Shown in pieces: positions 52,350 to 64,000 of a stretch of 64,000 nucleotides of DNA (its first letter is position 1; each line of letters opens with the position of its first letter). Source of the stretch: Octopus sinensis. Taxonomy: Eukaryota. Below the pieces are notes generated by a model. The model ran no database searches, was not told the origin of the DNA, and saw only the letters and a list, made by a program, of their open reading frames with translations. A program made the translations under genes and the position numbers. The stretch is from contig NC_042999.1 of NCBI RefSeq assembly GCF_006345805.1, positions 164,424,001 to 164,488,000 of the forward strand. The letters are read 5' to 3'.

Positions 52350-53111
52350 TGTGTATATATATGTGTGTGTGCATATACACACATGGAAGCAACAGAGAAC
52401 TATATTAAGTAATATTAGCTATATTTCCCTTTATCATTTGCCATAGTCACCCCTATCCTGCCCACTAACCTAATCCAGACCTCTGCATCAGCTATTCTAC
52501 CCCCCCCCCAAGTTCCCCGATGGCATGTCATGGCACATCTTCATCCTCATCTCTCACTGTTGCTTCCCCTTCATTTTGCTCTTTAGCTCACCTGTTCTTT
52601 CCATCCTACTATCTAACTCACCTTCCTTTCTTTTCCAACTGGGATATCCATGTATCTACTCTACAGCAAGACACTTATCCTTACCCTCTATAATTTTAAT
52701 CTCTCATCAACTGGTACAAAGCCACTCCATCCCCCCAATACTACCATTCCTTCCCAGCTGAGGGATTTTTGTCTTACAAGATATTTGGCAACCCACTCAG
52801 TGCTGGTGCCACATACAGAGCACTGCTGTTGCTGCTACATTAAAAACACTGGTGCCAGTGCCATGTATAAAGCATGCTATACAGACAATGGAGCCTGTTA
52901 AACTCTCTTTGTCTACCACCCCTAACCTTTATTGTGACATCTAATAAATTTAAACTACTTGGCTGAGATGTTGGTTCACAATATCTCAATGAATTAATGG
53001 AAATTCATCTCTTTATCAAGTCCACTGCAGAAACTCACTGCACTTTGAAATATTATATAGGTTCTACAGCTGGCCTTGTTAATAATGGAATCTCTATGCA
53101 TCATCACTTGT

Positions 53112-53330
53112 TTAACAATGTAACATTCAGATTACTCTGTCAAATACTTATCATTCATGTTGTTTTGAATTAATCATACGTTATCTTATAGCCTTGAGAT
53201 TTTGATGATCTGATTGTTCATTTTTAGAGTGACATTGTAGGGTAGGTGAGAGAGCCAAGATCTGAATAGTTTGAACATAAAACAGAATTTTTGGGTCAGA
53301 TATGGCCAGTTTAAAATGCTAAAGAGTTGA
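53112..53330. mobile_element. TTAA-ended MITE, inverted copy of the 7994-8217 family
   Basis: Reverse-complement similarity; ends AATGCTAAAGAGTTGA. Confidence 0.6.
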
Positions 53331-54205
53331 CAATGAGCGACTCCGTTTTTCTACTTTGTTTGCTCCATAAATCCTTAGATTAAACTCAATAGGGGTATAA
53401 TTTAAACTCAAGCAGTCTATTATCAATCCCATTCTTCCTATCTTGCAGATGGATACAACTGTAGATTATGTTTACAATAGCATACCCATGTCGTCAAAAA
53501 TGCCAATTGTTCTTTTAATGATAGAAAAGGGTGGGTTAAAACAATCAAAGAAAGAGTTAATAAATCTGATTCCAACTTGTCATAGCCTTAACTTGTGCTG
53601 ATGCTGTAGGATTTTAATTTAGCTTGAATTCTGTGCTTCAACGATATTTAATAATTTATTGTACATATAGTACATCTGTTTTTATATATATATACACATA
53701 CATACACTTTTCCATACTTGCATGGGTTTTTATTGAGTCAGATTTTTCTACAGCTGGATGCTCTTCCTGTCACCACCACTAACCTCTTTAAACACACAAC
53801 ACATCTGCTTATATATATATCATCATCATCATCATCGTTTAATGTCCGTTTTCCGCGCTAGCACAGGTTGGACGGTTCGACCGGGGTCTGGGGAGCCAGG
53901 GGCTGCCCCAGGCTCCATATATATATATATATATAAATTTACATGCTAGTATTTATAGCTTTATGTGATGTGCTTTAAGATCCACTATTCTCTAGAAAAA
54001 GTTTATAAAATGCTTACGATGTCAACAACACAATTCTCATTGGCATGAAATAAAGTTTCTAATATTGATAATGAAATTTAAAGGATCGCTTTGAATTTGT
54101 GTCTCATGAGCAGCCTTTGACATTTTGTATCTCAAAGAGGTTTTTGACCCAAAATTTACATACTATTATTTATAGCTTAGCCTAGTCACCTGTATAGTTA
54201 ATCAG

Positions 54206-55723
54206 GTGATACATGAAGGAGTCATACCCAATGACTGGTGTAGCAGCATAATAGTCAACTGCTACAAAGGTAAAGGTGATGCCCTAGATACAAATAATTA
54301 CAGAGGTATCAAGCTGTTGGATCAGGTGATGAAGGTTACAGAGAGGGTCATAAGCCAACTAATTAGAGAGAGAGTTAGTTTAGATGAGATGCAGTTTGGT
54401 TTCGTGCCAGGGAAAAGTACCACTGATGCTATATTCCTGGTAAGGCAGCTGCAGGAGAAATACCTAGCCAAAGATAAGCCCCTGTACCTGGCTTTTGTTG
54501 ACATGGAGAAAGCCTTCGACAGGGTCCCCCGATCCCTCATATGGTGGTCAATGAGGAAACTAGGAATAGATGAATGGTTAGTGAGAGCTGTGCAAGCCAT
54601 GTACAGGGACACTGCTAGTAAGGTGAGGGTTGGAAATGAGTACAATGAAGAATTCCGGGTAGAGGTAGGGGTCCACCAAGGCTCAGTCCTCAGCCCCCTC
54701 CTATTTATCATAGTCCTCCAGGCAATAACGGAGGAATTCAAGACAGGATGCCCCTGGGAGCTCCTCTATGCTGATGACCTTGCTCTAATTGCTGAGTCAT
54801 TATCAGAACTGGAGAAGAAGTTTCAGGTGTGGAAGCATGGTTTAGAATCGAAGGGCCTTAGAGTCAACCTAGCTAAAACCAAAGTCCTAATAAGTAGGAA
54901 GGTAGACAAATCACAAACGCCTTCAGGTAGATGGCCCTGCTCGATCTGTAGAAAAGGTGTAGGTAGAAACTCTATAAGATGCACCAAGTGTAAGCTATGG
55001 ACACATAAGAGGTGCAGCAATGTCATAGGAAGGCTAACTAGGAAGATGGTTTTTGTATGTGGCAGATGCTCGGGAGCATTAACCTCTGAAAATCTGCAGA
55101 AAACAACTTCCGTCACTTTCCAGGGGGAAAAACTAGAAGAAGTTGATAGCTTCCGTTATCTTTGTGACCAAGTCAGTAGTGGGGGTGGGTGTGCTGAAAG
55201 TGTAACGGCTAGAGTAAGAATAGCCTGGGCAAAGTTTAGGGAGCTCTTACCTCTGTTGGTGACTAAAGGCCTCTCGCTCAGAGTAAAAGGCAGACTGTAT
55301 GATGCATGTGTACGAACAGCCATGCTACATGGCAGTGAAACATGGGCCGTGACTGCTGAGGACATGCGTAAGCTCGCGAGAAACGAAGCCAGTATGCTCC
55401 GTTGGATGTGTAATGTCAGTGTTCATAGTCGACAGAGTGTAAGTACCTTGAGAGAAAAGTTGGACCTAAGAGGAATCAGATGTTGTGTGCAAGAGAGACG
55501 ATTGCGCTGGTATGGTCATGTGGTGAGAATGGATGAAGATAGGTGTGTGAAAAAGTGCCACACCCTGGCAGTTGAGGGGACCTGTGGAAGAGGTAGACCC
55601 AGGAAAACCTGGATCGAGGTGGTAAAGCACGACCTTCGAACTCTAGGTCTCACCAAGGAAATGACCAGAGACCGAGACCTATGGAAGTATGCTGTGCGTG
55701 AGAAGACCCGGCAAGACCAGTGA
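54206..55723 (+). CDS. RTE reverse transcriptase ORF (N-terminally truncated, no APE domain) with internal PHD finger
   Basis: NYRGIKLL, QFGFVPGKSTTDAIF, FVDMEKAFD, GVHQGSVLSP, YADD (54767-54778), C4HC3 insert, RRLRWYGHV, RGRPRKTW. The GTG start is an artefact of truncation. Confidence 0.9.
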   Translation: MIHEGVIPNDWCSSIIVNCYKGKGDALDTNNYRGIKLLDQVMKVTERVISQLIRERVSLDEMQFGFVPGKSTTDAIFLVRQLQEKYLAKDKPLYLAFVDMEKAFDRVPRSLIWWSMRKLGIDEWLVRAVQAMYRDTASKVRVGNEYNEEFRVEVGVHQGSVLSPLLFIIVLQAITEEFKTGCPWELLYADDLALIAESLSELEKKFQVWKHGLESKGLRVNLAKTKVLISRKVDKSQTPSGRWPCSICRKGVGRNSIRCTKCKLWTHKRCSNVIGRLTRKMVFVCGRCSGALTSENLQKTTSVTFQGEKLEEVDSFRYLCDQVSSGGGCAESVTARVRIAWAKFRELLPLLVTKGLSLRVKGRLYDACVRTAMLHGSETWAVTAEDMRKLARNEASMLRWMCNVSVHSRQSVSTLREKLDLRGIRCCVQERRLRWYGHVVRMDEDRCVKKCHTLAVEGTCGRGRPRKTWIEVVKHDLRTLGLTKEMTRDRDLWKYAVREKTRQDQ

Positions 55724-55767
55724 GAACAATCAAAATCAAATCATATATCAGAAAGCAGGGGTTAAGT

Positions 55768-56440
55768 GACCCATCCGTTCGTGTCCGCTGTCAGCCTCAT
55801 CTGGCACCCGTGCCGGTGATACGTAAAAAGCACCATTCGCTCATGGCCGTTTGCCAGCTCTGCCTGACCCCGTGTCAGTGGCACATAAAAGCACCATCCG
55901 TTCGTGTTCGTTGCCAGCCTCGCCTGGCCCCGTGCCGGTGACATGTAAAAGCACCGTCCGTTCGTGGCCGTTTGCCAGCTCTGTCTGGCCCCGTGTCGGT
56001 GGCACGTAAAAGCACCATCCGTTCGTGGCCGTTTGCCAGCTCTGTCTGGCCCCATGTCGGTGGCACGTAAAAGCACCATCCGTTCATGTCCGTTGCCAGC
56101 CTCGGCTGGCCCCCGTGCCGGTGACACGTAAAAGCACCGTCCGCTCGCGGCCGTTTGCCAGCTCTGTCTGGCAACCGTGTCGGTGGCACATAAAAGCACC
56201 ATCCGTTCACGTCCGTTGCCAGCCTCGGCTGGCCCCCGTGCCGGTGACACGTAAAAGCACCGTCTGTTCGTGGCCGTTTGCCAGCTCTGTCTGGCCCCGT
56301 GTCGGTGGCACGTAAAAGCACCATCCGTTCGTGTCCGTTGCCAGCATCGCCTGGCCCCGTGCCGGTGACACATAAAAGCACCATCCGTTCATGGCCGTTC
56401 GCCAGCTCTGTCTGGCACCTGTGCAGGTGGCACGTAAAAA
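55768..56440 (+). repeat. Tandem array of 11 GC-rich ~61-bp units in the RTE 3' UTR
   Basis: Units begin GCACC(A/G)TCCG and end (C/T)(G/A)TAAAA. There are two alternating subtypes. Confidence 0.95.
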
Positions 56441-58715
56441 ACACCCACTACACTCGCGGAGTGGTTGGCGTTAGGAAGGGCATCCAGCCGTAGAAACACT
56501 GCCAGATCTGACTGGGCCTGACGAAGCCTTCCAGCTTCACAGACCCCAGTTGACCCATCCAACCCATGCTAGCATGGAAAGCGGACGCTAAACGATGATG
56601 ATGATGATGATGATGTGATATGCTTCAAGTTCCACTATTTCAAAAAAAGAATATATATATCATCATTTTATTGTTCACTTTACGGCTGGATGCCCTTCCT
56701 CTCACTAACCATCATGTATTTGCACACACACACACAAAACACATATGATGATATATATTTTATTCAATATGAACTTTTGTTGTCAGCAATTACTTAATGG
56801 AATTTATTAGTACATGCTAATCCTGCAATTTTCATATAGAATATAGAGGTTTGGAACAATTTATAATAATTTGTCATTCTTTTTTGTTGATGACATGGAA
56901 TGTGATAAGTAGTCTTACATAACTCATGATTTTAATTAAATCATTAATTACTAGGTGGAATGGATATATCTTATCTATGATATATATTAATTTGGGATGT
57001 CATATGAAACAAGTGTATATTTTTAACTGATGTAATTATTAAGTTTCAGGGACTTTCCTTACTGAATCAGTACAAGTTCTTCTGTTTAATTAGTCCTTAC
57101 GGAAGTAATTTAGTGTGTGTGTATGTGTGTGTGTGTGATATTGTCAATATGCACGCATGCTAGAATATATGTATGAATGCAAGCATGTTTGTATGTATCT
57201 TTTATTATTTAAATCTAATATTATTTTTTTCAATATGTATGAAAACTCAGGTAATTAATTTTCATTGTTATTAAATGTATTCACACACACATGCACAAAT
57301 AGATTCTGATCTTGTGATTTTAGTATCACACAACCAAACTATATAACATGACCATAAAAGTGCACCCAGGAATACGCTTTCATGAGCGGATGAATATAGC
57401 AAAGACTGCATATCAAAGAAGGCTTTCCTGTTCAAGATTAGAAAATACCACAGCTCCCAATTTCTATTAACTCTCTGTAAAACCTGAGAACCCCAGGGCA
57501 GCATACTACCACATCTGAGATGGTGATACTATTATCTGCATAGACATCTTAAACAGTAACTAAAAATTTGCCAGCTGCTTAACAAACTCTAACCTTATAT
57601 GCTACCTCTCGCATGTTTGCTTTCACAGCTATTACATGGACTGGATGGCTTTGTGTAATGCTATGAATGGTGATAATTTCTTGGTGTTAATATGAAAGAA
57701 ATAACATTTCAAGAACAATACTTTGAGCAGCTGCATTTGTTCTTCAGTAATTTATGATGTACAAGTCTTTCTCAATCATTCAGATTTTCCAATAATTACA
57801 AAAAAGACAGTTTATGGCTTATGAAGTGCCAGAAATTTACATTGAATATCCATGCTTACACATTTTACTGTCACTCAGACCAAACAGAAATTCAAATTGA
57901 GAAGCAAAATTCAACGAGGCAGCAGCCTGGTGTCGATAGATTATACACAATTCTCATTTAATTGCTTTATCAGCTTTGGTTAATGGTTGAATTTGATGAC
58001 AAAGTATTTAAGGAAATCTATTTATTGGATTGAATACATTTTTTTTCTAAATGGCAGCCAATTATTTGAAATTCTATTGTGCAGTCTGCTTCATCTGGTT
58101 TCTGAAATCTTTAAATTGTTTTCTACTTGCAGAATACTAGTATCAGTGTTTTTTTTTAAATACTTTATTCAGCTGATTCACAGTTTCTGGAAATCTACCT
58201 CCTCTCTCTCTCTCTCTCTCTCTTCCCTATATTTCACACACTGAAGTTCTGAAGTCAAGTCCTTCATTGCTAGTTGTTTTTACTAACTCAAGCAGGAGTA
58301 CTACTTTCTGGTCTGTTAGACAGAGATGAAGGGTTCTATTGTTGAAGATCAGCTATTCCCAACAGGGTAAGATCAGTATAAAACAGCTTCCAACAGCAAC
58401 CACTACTGCCACTACTTTCACCACTGCCTCTACTTAGTGCATAAGCTGAAACTCCAGCTTGGCCAGAATTTCCAGAGGTTTGAATGCACTAAAGAAAGTG
58501 CAATATTCTAGATATCTAAAAGAATCTAATTTGTTGTCTCAGTAATTTTAGGATAGTTTTGTCTGCCATGTGTAGAAGAGCTAATGAAAAAAATACCAGT
58601 AACATACTTGGCATTACTGTGTGGTTAAGAAGTTTCCTTACAAATGTGCAATTATAGGATTGATTCTACACAGCAGCAAGTGTCTTTCACCATAGCAAAA
58701 CATTGTTTGACCATA

Positions 58716-58763
<48 letters not shown>

Positions 58764-59308
58764 ACATGTAAACAGCACAACGTATGTAACAGAAGGACTA
58801 ACTATGTAATACATATATTGAACTATATCATACATTATTTAATAAGCTTGACTCAGCTCCATTCAACTGAAAACTTTGTAGGACAAACCATTCTCATCAG
58901 GTATCTAGAGAAGTGTAATAGAATTTGAAGTGAATTCAAGATAGCTTTTTGAATTCACTTGTTGATGCCGAAGCAACATTAATTCCTTTCTTTATTCTTG
59001 GGGCCATTCCTGCTTGGACAGGATACAACTGTCACCACAAGGTCTGCAAGCTGGGCAATGGTTTATTTAGTAACATCAGTTCATTGCATATGATATCACA
59101 CATGATAGAGTGGGATGTTGTCATGGGTTAGTCACTCAGAATTAACAGATTAGACTGCTGCCGCTAATGTGCTCATCCCTTACATCATTCCCCAGTTCCT
59201 TCAAATTTTAGGCACTTCAATGTTTGTGTGTGTGTGTGTGTGTTATGAAGTTTGCTTCACAATCACAAGGTCCTAGTAGTAACATGACAAAGGCCACTTG
59301 TATGTAAC

Positions 59309-59844
59309 TTAAACTTTTAGCATTTAAACCAACTACATCCAGCTCAAATACTGATGTTCAAGCCAGCCAGATGCAGCCTTTCACACCTACTCTGCAATGT
59401 CATTCTAAAAATACACAAAAACGGCATTGAAATCTCGAAGCTACGATAAAATTGGTCCCCTGTCAGTTACAATGACAAGGGTTCCAGTTGATCCAATCAA
59501 CGGAACAGCCTGTTTGTGAAATTAACGTGCAAGTGGTTGAGAACTCCACAGACATGTATACTCTTAATGTAGTTCTCAGGAAGATTCAGTGTGACACAGA
59601 ATGTGCCAAGGCTGGCCCTTTGGAATACAGGTACAACTCATTTTTGCCAGCCAAGTAGAATGGAGCACTGTGAAATAAAGCATCTTGCTTTAACATATTA
59701 CTGGGAATTGAATTCACAACCGAATGCTTTAACCACTAAGTCATGTGCCTTCACTCGAAGCTACAATAATGTGTAATTAATTCAAAACAATCTGAATAAA
59801 TAAGCATTAAATTTACGAGAGTAATCTGAATGCTACAGGGTTAA
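59309..59844. mobile_element. TTAA-ended MITE interrupted by a family-C SINE (59450-59753, minus)
   Basis: Termini TTAAACTTTTAGCATT and AATGCTACAGGGTTAA. The SINE is flanked by a 16-bp TSD CTCGAAGCTAC(G/A)ATAA at 59434-59449 and 59754-59769. Confidence 0.8.
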
Positions 59845-60977
59845 AATATGGCTGAAAACAGAAAACTTACATAAGATATCATAACTCAAATCTGAACTCT
59901 CGGCTTTTAAATTTGCAGCAAGAAAAAGAAAAAAAAAAAATGGATATACTCAGAATTGTTTTTATCAATTTCTAAAACATTGAGGTAGCATCTTTTTTCT
60001 TTCTTTCTTTTCCTTCTCCCCTCCTCCTATCTTTCTGGTGTAAAATGAAGACATTTAGTTGGATAATATAATTCCTTCATTGATTACCTAACAATGCATT
60101 AGTTCATGCTGAAGTGACGCAGCATAAACAGGATTGTCCATAGATATGGAGTTAAAAAAAAGTATTAAACATGCAAAGAATATAATATCTTGAGTCACAT
60201 ACTTAATGATATTTTAGAGAGAAAGAAGAGAAAACAATATTTTCTTTATTCCATTGTGTAAAAAATTGATGAACCAGTAAATATACTGCTCATATAGAAC
60301 ACTTATTTCTAAATAAATTTTACTTTTCTTCTTATGGTTAAAACTGAACATTAATTAATTTCTATTCCATGGTGAGAAAGACAAAAAAAACAAAAACAAA
60401 CCTGCTCTCAGAAAGAGGCTAAAGGCAAATGAATGGTACAGCTATGTGTGGGTGTGTGTATGTATATATATATTTATGATATATACATGAATGCACGCGT
60501 GTGTGTGTACATCACACATGATAATAGGTGAATTTGTACAAGTGGAATGTTTAACAGTTGCTATTGAAATAATACACGAAAACTGTTTTTTAACCTGATT
60601 GCTTCTCAACATCATTTTCTGGGTGGTGTCTCTTCATTTGTGATATCCATGAGATTGACAGAGAATTGTTACTGGATTATTTGATTAAACATTCATATAC
60701 ACATTTAAATAATTCTTAAAGAAATATTTATATTTGAAGCAAATTAGCATAATTATCAAAGTGCCAGTTATTATTGAAAAGTTCCAACCAGTCCTAAATC
60801 AGCTGCAAAACATTAAATCAACTGAATAAGTAGCACCAGAGATTTTTGTTACAGATCAGTCAGGGAAGGAGAGGCATTACCCATGGCATTAGCAAACCTT
60901 CCAAGACTGATGAGACTAAGCCCAACCTGAATATTTGCAGGAAAAGCTTTTTTCATCACTATATAAAATCTTCTTAA

Positions 60978-61447
60978 GTGAGGCTGGCAACGGCCATGGT
61001 CGGATGGTGCTTTTTACGTGCCACTGGCATGGAGGCCAGTTGGGGCAGCGCTGGCAATGGCCACGTTCAGATGGTTCTCTTACGTACCACCGGCACTGGT
61101 ACCACAGCTACAATTTCCATTGATGTTGATCGATTTCGATTCTCACTTGCCTCAACAGGTCTTCACAAGTAGATTTTTGTGTCCCAAGAAGGAAAGGTAT
61201 CCATAAGTGGACTGGCTACATCCCATGTAGAGCCCACAGGTTATGGTCTCACATGTCCTGCCGGGTCTTCTCACGCACAGCATACTTCCAAAGGTCTCGG
61301 TCTCTAGTCATTTCCTCGGTGAGACTTAAAGTTCGAAGGTCGTGCTTCACCACCTCGTCCCAGGTTTTCCTGGGTCAGCCTCTTCCACAGGTTCCCTCAA
61401 CCGCTAGGGTGTGGCACTTTTTCACACAACTATCTTCATCCATTCTT
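60978..61447 (-). mobile_element. RTE fragment (ORF end and start of 3' array)
   Basis: Reverse complement reads RMDEDSCVKKCHTLAVEGTCGRG..KTWDEVVKHDLRT, then repeat units. Confidence 0.9.
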
Positions 61448-61578
61448 GCCCTCCATAAATAAACATCATACGTGCAAGAGTGGCTGTGTGCTAAGAAGTT
61501 TGCTTCCCAGTCACATGGTTTTGGGTTCAGTTCCATTGCAAAGCACCTTGGGCAAGTGTCTTCTGAAAGAAGCCTGTC

Positions 61579-61625
<47 letters not shown>

Positions 61626-61627
<2 letters not shown>

Positions 61628-62257
61628 AGGGGAAGTCAAAAATTATTCACACTTTTGCCAAAACATATCTTTATAATTGTCACACTGCCTTCTGAGCATA
61701 CGTGCTTATAGGTGATACTATTGTGGTCACATGATCGAAGTTTGACCCTGATCATGCCATTTTTCTTTCTGGCTTTACAGTGTACGCATGGCCATTCCAC
61801 CAGCAATGGGCACCAAAGAAGAACAGAGAGCAATGATCCAAGAGATAGTAATGGTAAACCAGTCCCCCATTCCAATCTTTCAAGCTTGCTGAATCGTCAG
61901 TGGTGGAGGTTAATGGGTGTCCTGCTCCCTCTTTTGCATCATGCTTGTCTGGCCACACTTCTGCATGGTAGTGCACTGTCCTCTATTGTGATAAAAGCCT
62001 CCAATGAATTTCAGGACCTGACACACCTTTCGACCAGAGAAATCAGATCATTGTCCTTTGTTCTTCTTTGGTGCACATTACTAGTGGAGTGGCAATGCTT
62101 AGACTGTAAAACCAGAAAGAAATATGGTGTGACCGGGCTCAAACTTCGATCACATGACCACAATAGTACCAACTATAATAAATAACGCATATATAGAAGA
62201 CAGTGTTACAATAATAAAGATATGTTATGAATGCAGATAATTTTCGACTTCCTCTCG
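61626..62257. mobile_element. Mariner-derived MITE (~210-bp inverted arms) inserted in a family-B SINE
   Basis: TA|CAAGGGGAAGTCAAAAATTAT ... ATAATTTTCGACTTCCTCTCG|TA. The minus strand encodes CTKEEQRTMI*FLWSKGVSGPEIHWRL, a mariner transposase N-terminus. Confidence 0.85.
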
Positions 62258-63844
62258 TACATATGTGTGTGTGTGTTTGTGCCTGTACCCCAGCACTGCT
62301 TGATAACTGGTATTATGGTGTTTACGTCCCTGTAGCTTAGCAGCTTGGTAAAAGAGACTGATAGAATAAGTACTAGGCTTGAAAAATTAATAAAAAAAAG
62401 TACTGGGGTTCATTCATTCAACTAAAATTCTTCAAGGCCATGCTCCAGCATGGCCACAGTCTAATAACTGAACAAATAAAAGATAAAAGATCATACACTC
62501 TACAATGTACATCATAAATTTCAAGACCTATCTCTGAGAATATTAATCTGGTCTTGGTTAGGAAAGCAATAAGTCACTGAATGATGAGAAAATAAAGAGA
62601 TAGGGAGATGGACCAACGTAGTATTGAAACTTCATTTGACAGGAAAGCTAGAGAAAAAATAGAATATCAGATGACACATTGGTAGAAAAATTGATAAGAA
62701 AATTGCAAAACTGATGAAAAAAAAAAGAATCATTTTTGTTCAGTGGAAGTTATTGCATTTAAAGTGTATAAAAAGTGTATCACATTTGTGATGAGGAGAG
62801 ATGAGAGGGATGATGTAAAAAGTTGAAAGACATCTTTGACATACAGTTTCTTATTACTGAAGAATCAATAAACTTCACTTTCCAATATTAGTTTTTGTAT
62901 CTTGTATGAGAAATAATTAAAAATATAATTTTAAAAATACAACAATTACATGTAACTTTATTTTATCTAGGGAGATGTACATTGTTCATAGCCTTCTTTT
63001 ACTTCTCCCACAGATAGGATATGTGTATACAAGCAGAGAGAGTGTGGTTAATTTATGCTTGCAGTTCTTTGGTTGGTCAATGGTGATACAAGAGAAAAGA
63101 GAGAAAGGTTAAAAATTTCTAAGGGAAGTGGGTTTCGGAGAAGAAAGATTGAAGGAATGGAAGGTGTGAGGCCAGTATACCAAGTGAATTTTGGTGGGGA
63201 CAATTCAGTATTATAATTTTAATGTCTGCTTTCCAACTGGTATGGGTTGGGTGGTTTGACAGGATCTAATAGGCCAGAAGACTATGTCTTGATCAGCAGG
63301 AAAAGCCAGGGTTGTGAGAATATAGCTGGCAAGTGAGATGATATAAACATGAAGAGGTTGTCAGCTTATATATGTAGTAAATGGTGAACAAGAGTGGGTG
63401 TAGTTGATAGTAAATATAAATGGATTGATGAGGATAAGAATGATGGATGGATGTCAACTAGGAGTAGATTGGAGGAGAGGGAGCAGAATTCAGCAGTACA
63501 TAAATGGTGATACTTGTAACAAATTCTGATTTAATTACTTACAGCAGCAGAATGATACAGGAGATAGGAGAATGAAAGAAGGATGAGTGGTAGGGAGATA
63601 AGAGAAGGGATTAAAAGCTACAAGAGAGTGGGGGGAAGAGTAAAAGATTGACAAAATACAGGAAAGACTGGATATTGGTGGCAAATATAGATTGATGGAG
63701 GTGACAATGGTAAGAATGAAAAATGGATGTCAAATGGAATTGATTTGGGAGAGGGGACCCAATAATGTGCATAGTGTGCATGCACACTAGGCCTCCATAA
63801 CATCAGCTATATGCATACAAACTATGTATGTATGTATGTATGTA

Positions 63845-63920
<76 letters not shown>

Positions 63921-64000
63921 TTTTAGAACTAGGTGAGAATACAAACTGTTAGAGTTGGTGATGGGTGGCCTTTCCTTGGATGGGAGTCTAGAAAAAGTGT

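Larger units (their letters stand above)
54178..56615 (+). mobile_element. RTE-clade LINE, 5'-truncated, young copy with 3' tandem array and (GAT)n tail
   Basis: Uninterrupted 505-codon ORF, 11-unit array, terminal domain GGTTGGCGTTAGGAAGGGCATCC and (GAT)n. Confidence 0.97.

Noticed and set aside
53449-53601. Plus-strand ttgcAG-ATG followed by a 50-codon frame
   Set aside because: No recognisable motif or supporting exons.
55768-56440. Regular array resembling a CRISPR array, with overlapping ORFs (55762-56373, 55875-56444)
   Set aside because: No unique spacers and no cas genes; eukaryotic context inside a LINE 3' UTR. The ORFs are by-products of the repeat.
60907-60930. CTGATGA-GAC-TAA-GCC, possible hammerhead (similar lone boxes at 4222, 14288, 38248, 42734)
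   Set aside because: No correctly placed GAAA box and no stems I/III.
61712-62185. 157-aa plus ORF
   Set aside because: It lies within the mariner MITE, antisense or out of frame to the transposase remnant.

Overview
AT-rich, microsatellite-dense animal DNA. The SINE/LINE complement is most consistent with an octopus or other coleoid cephalopod (inference). The window is the 3' end of a minus-strand conventional protein kinase C gene. Two separate phase-0 terminal exons, both missed by the ORF track, each encode a complete AGC C-terminal tail: 39088-38927 (AENFD type, PKC-alpha/betaII-like) and 19802-19650 (PKC-betaI-like, ending VISV). I did not find the upstream kinase exons, so the preceding intron probably exceeds 25 kb. 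The rest is intronic or UTR DNA filled with mobile elements. These include RTE-clade LINEs with a PHD finger inserted in the RT and a variable ~61-bp 3' array, Penelope-like elements, an R4/Dong-like relic, several tRNA-derived SINE families and Tc1/mariner and TTAA-type MITEs. There is also a set of minimal hammerhead-ribozyme motifs, several of them as sense/antisense pairs in fold-back palindromes. All calls are by eye; no database search or folding program was run.
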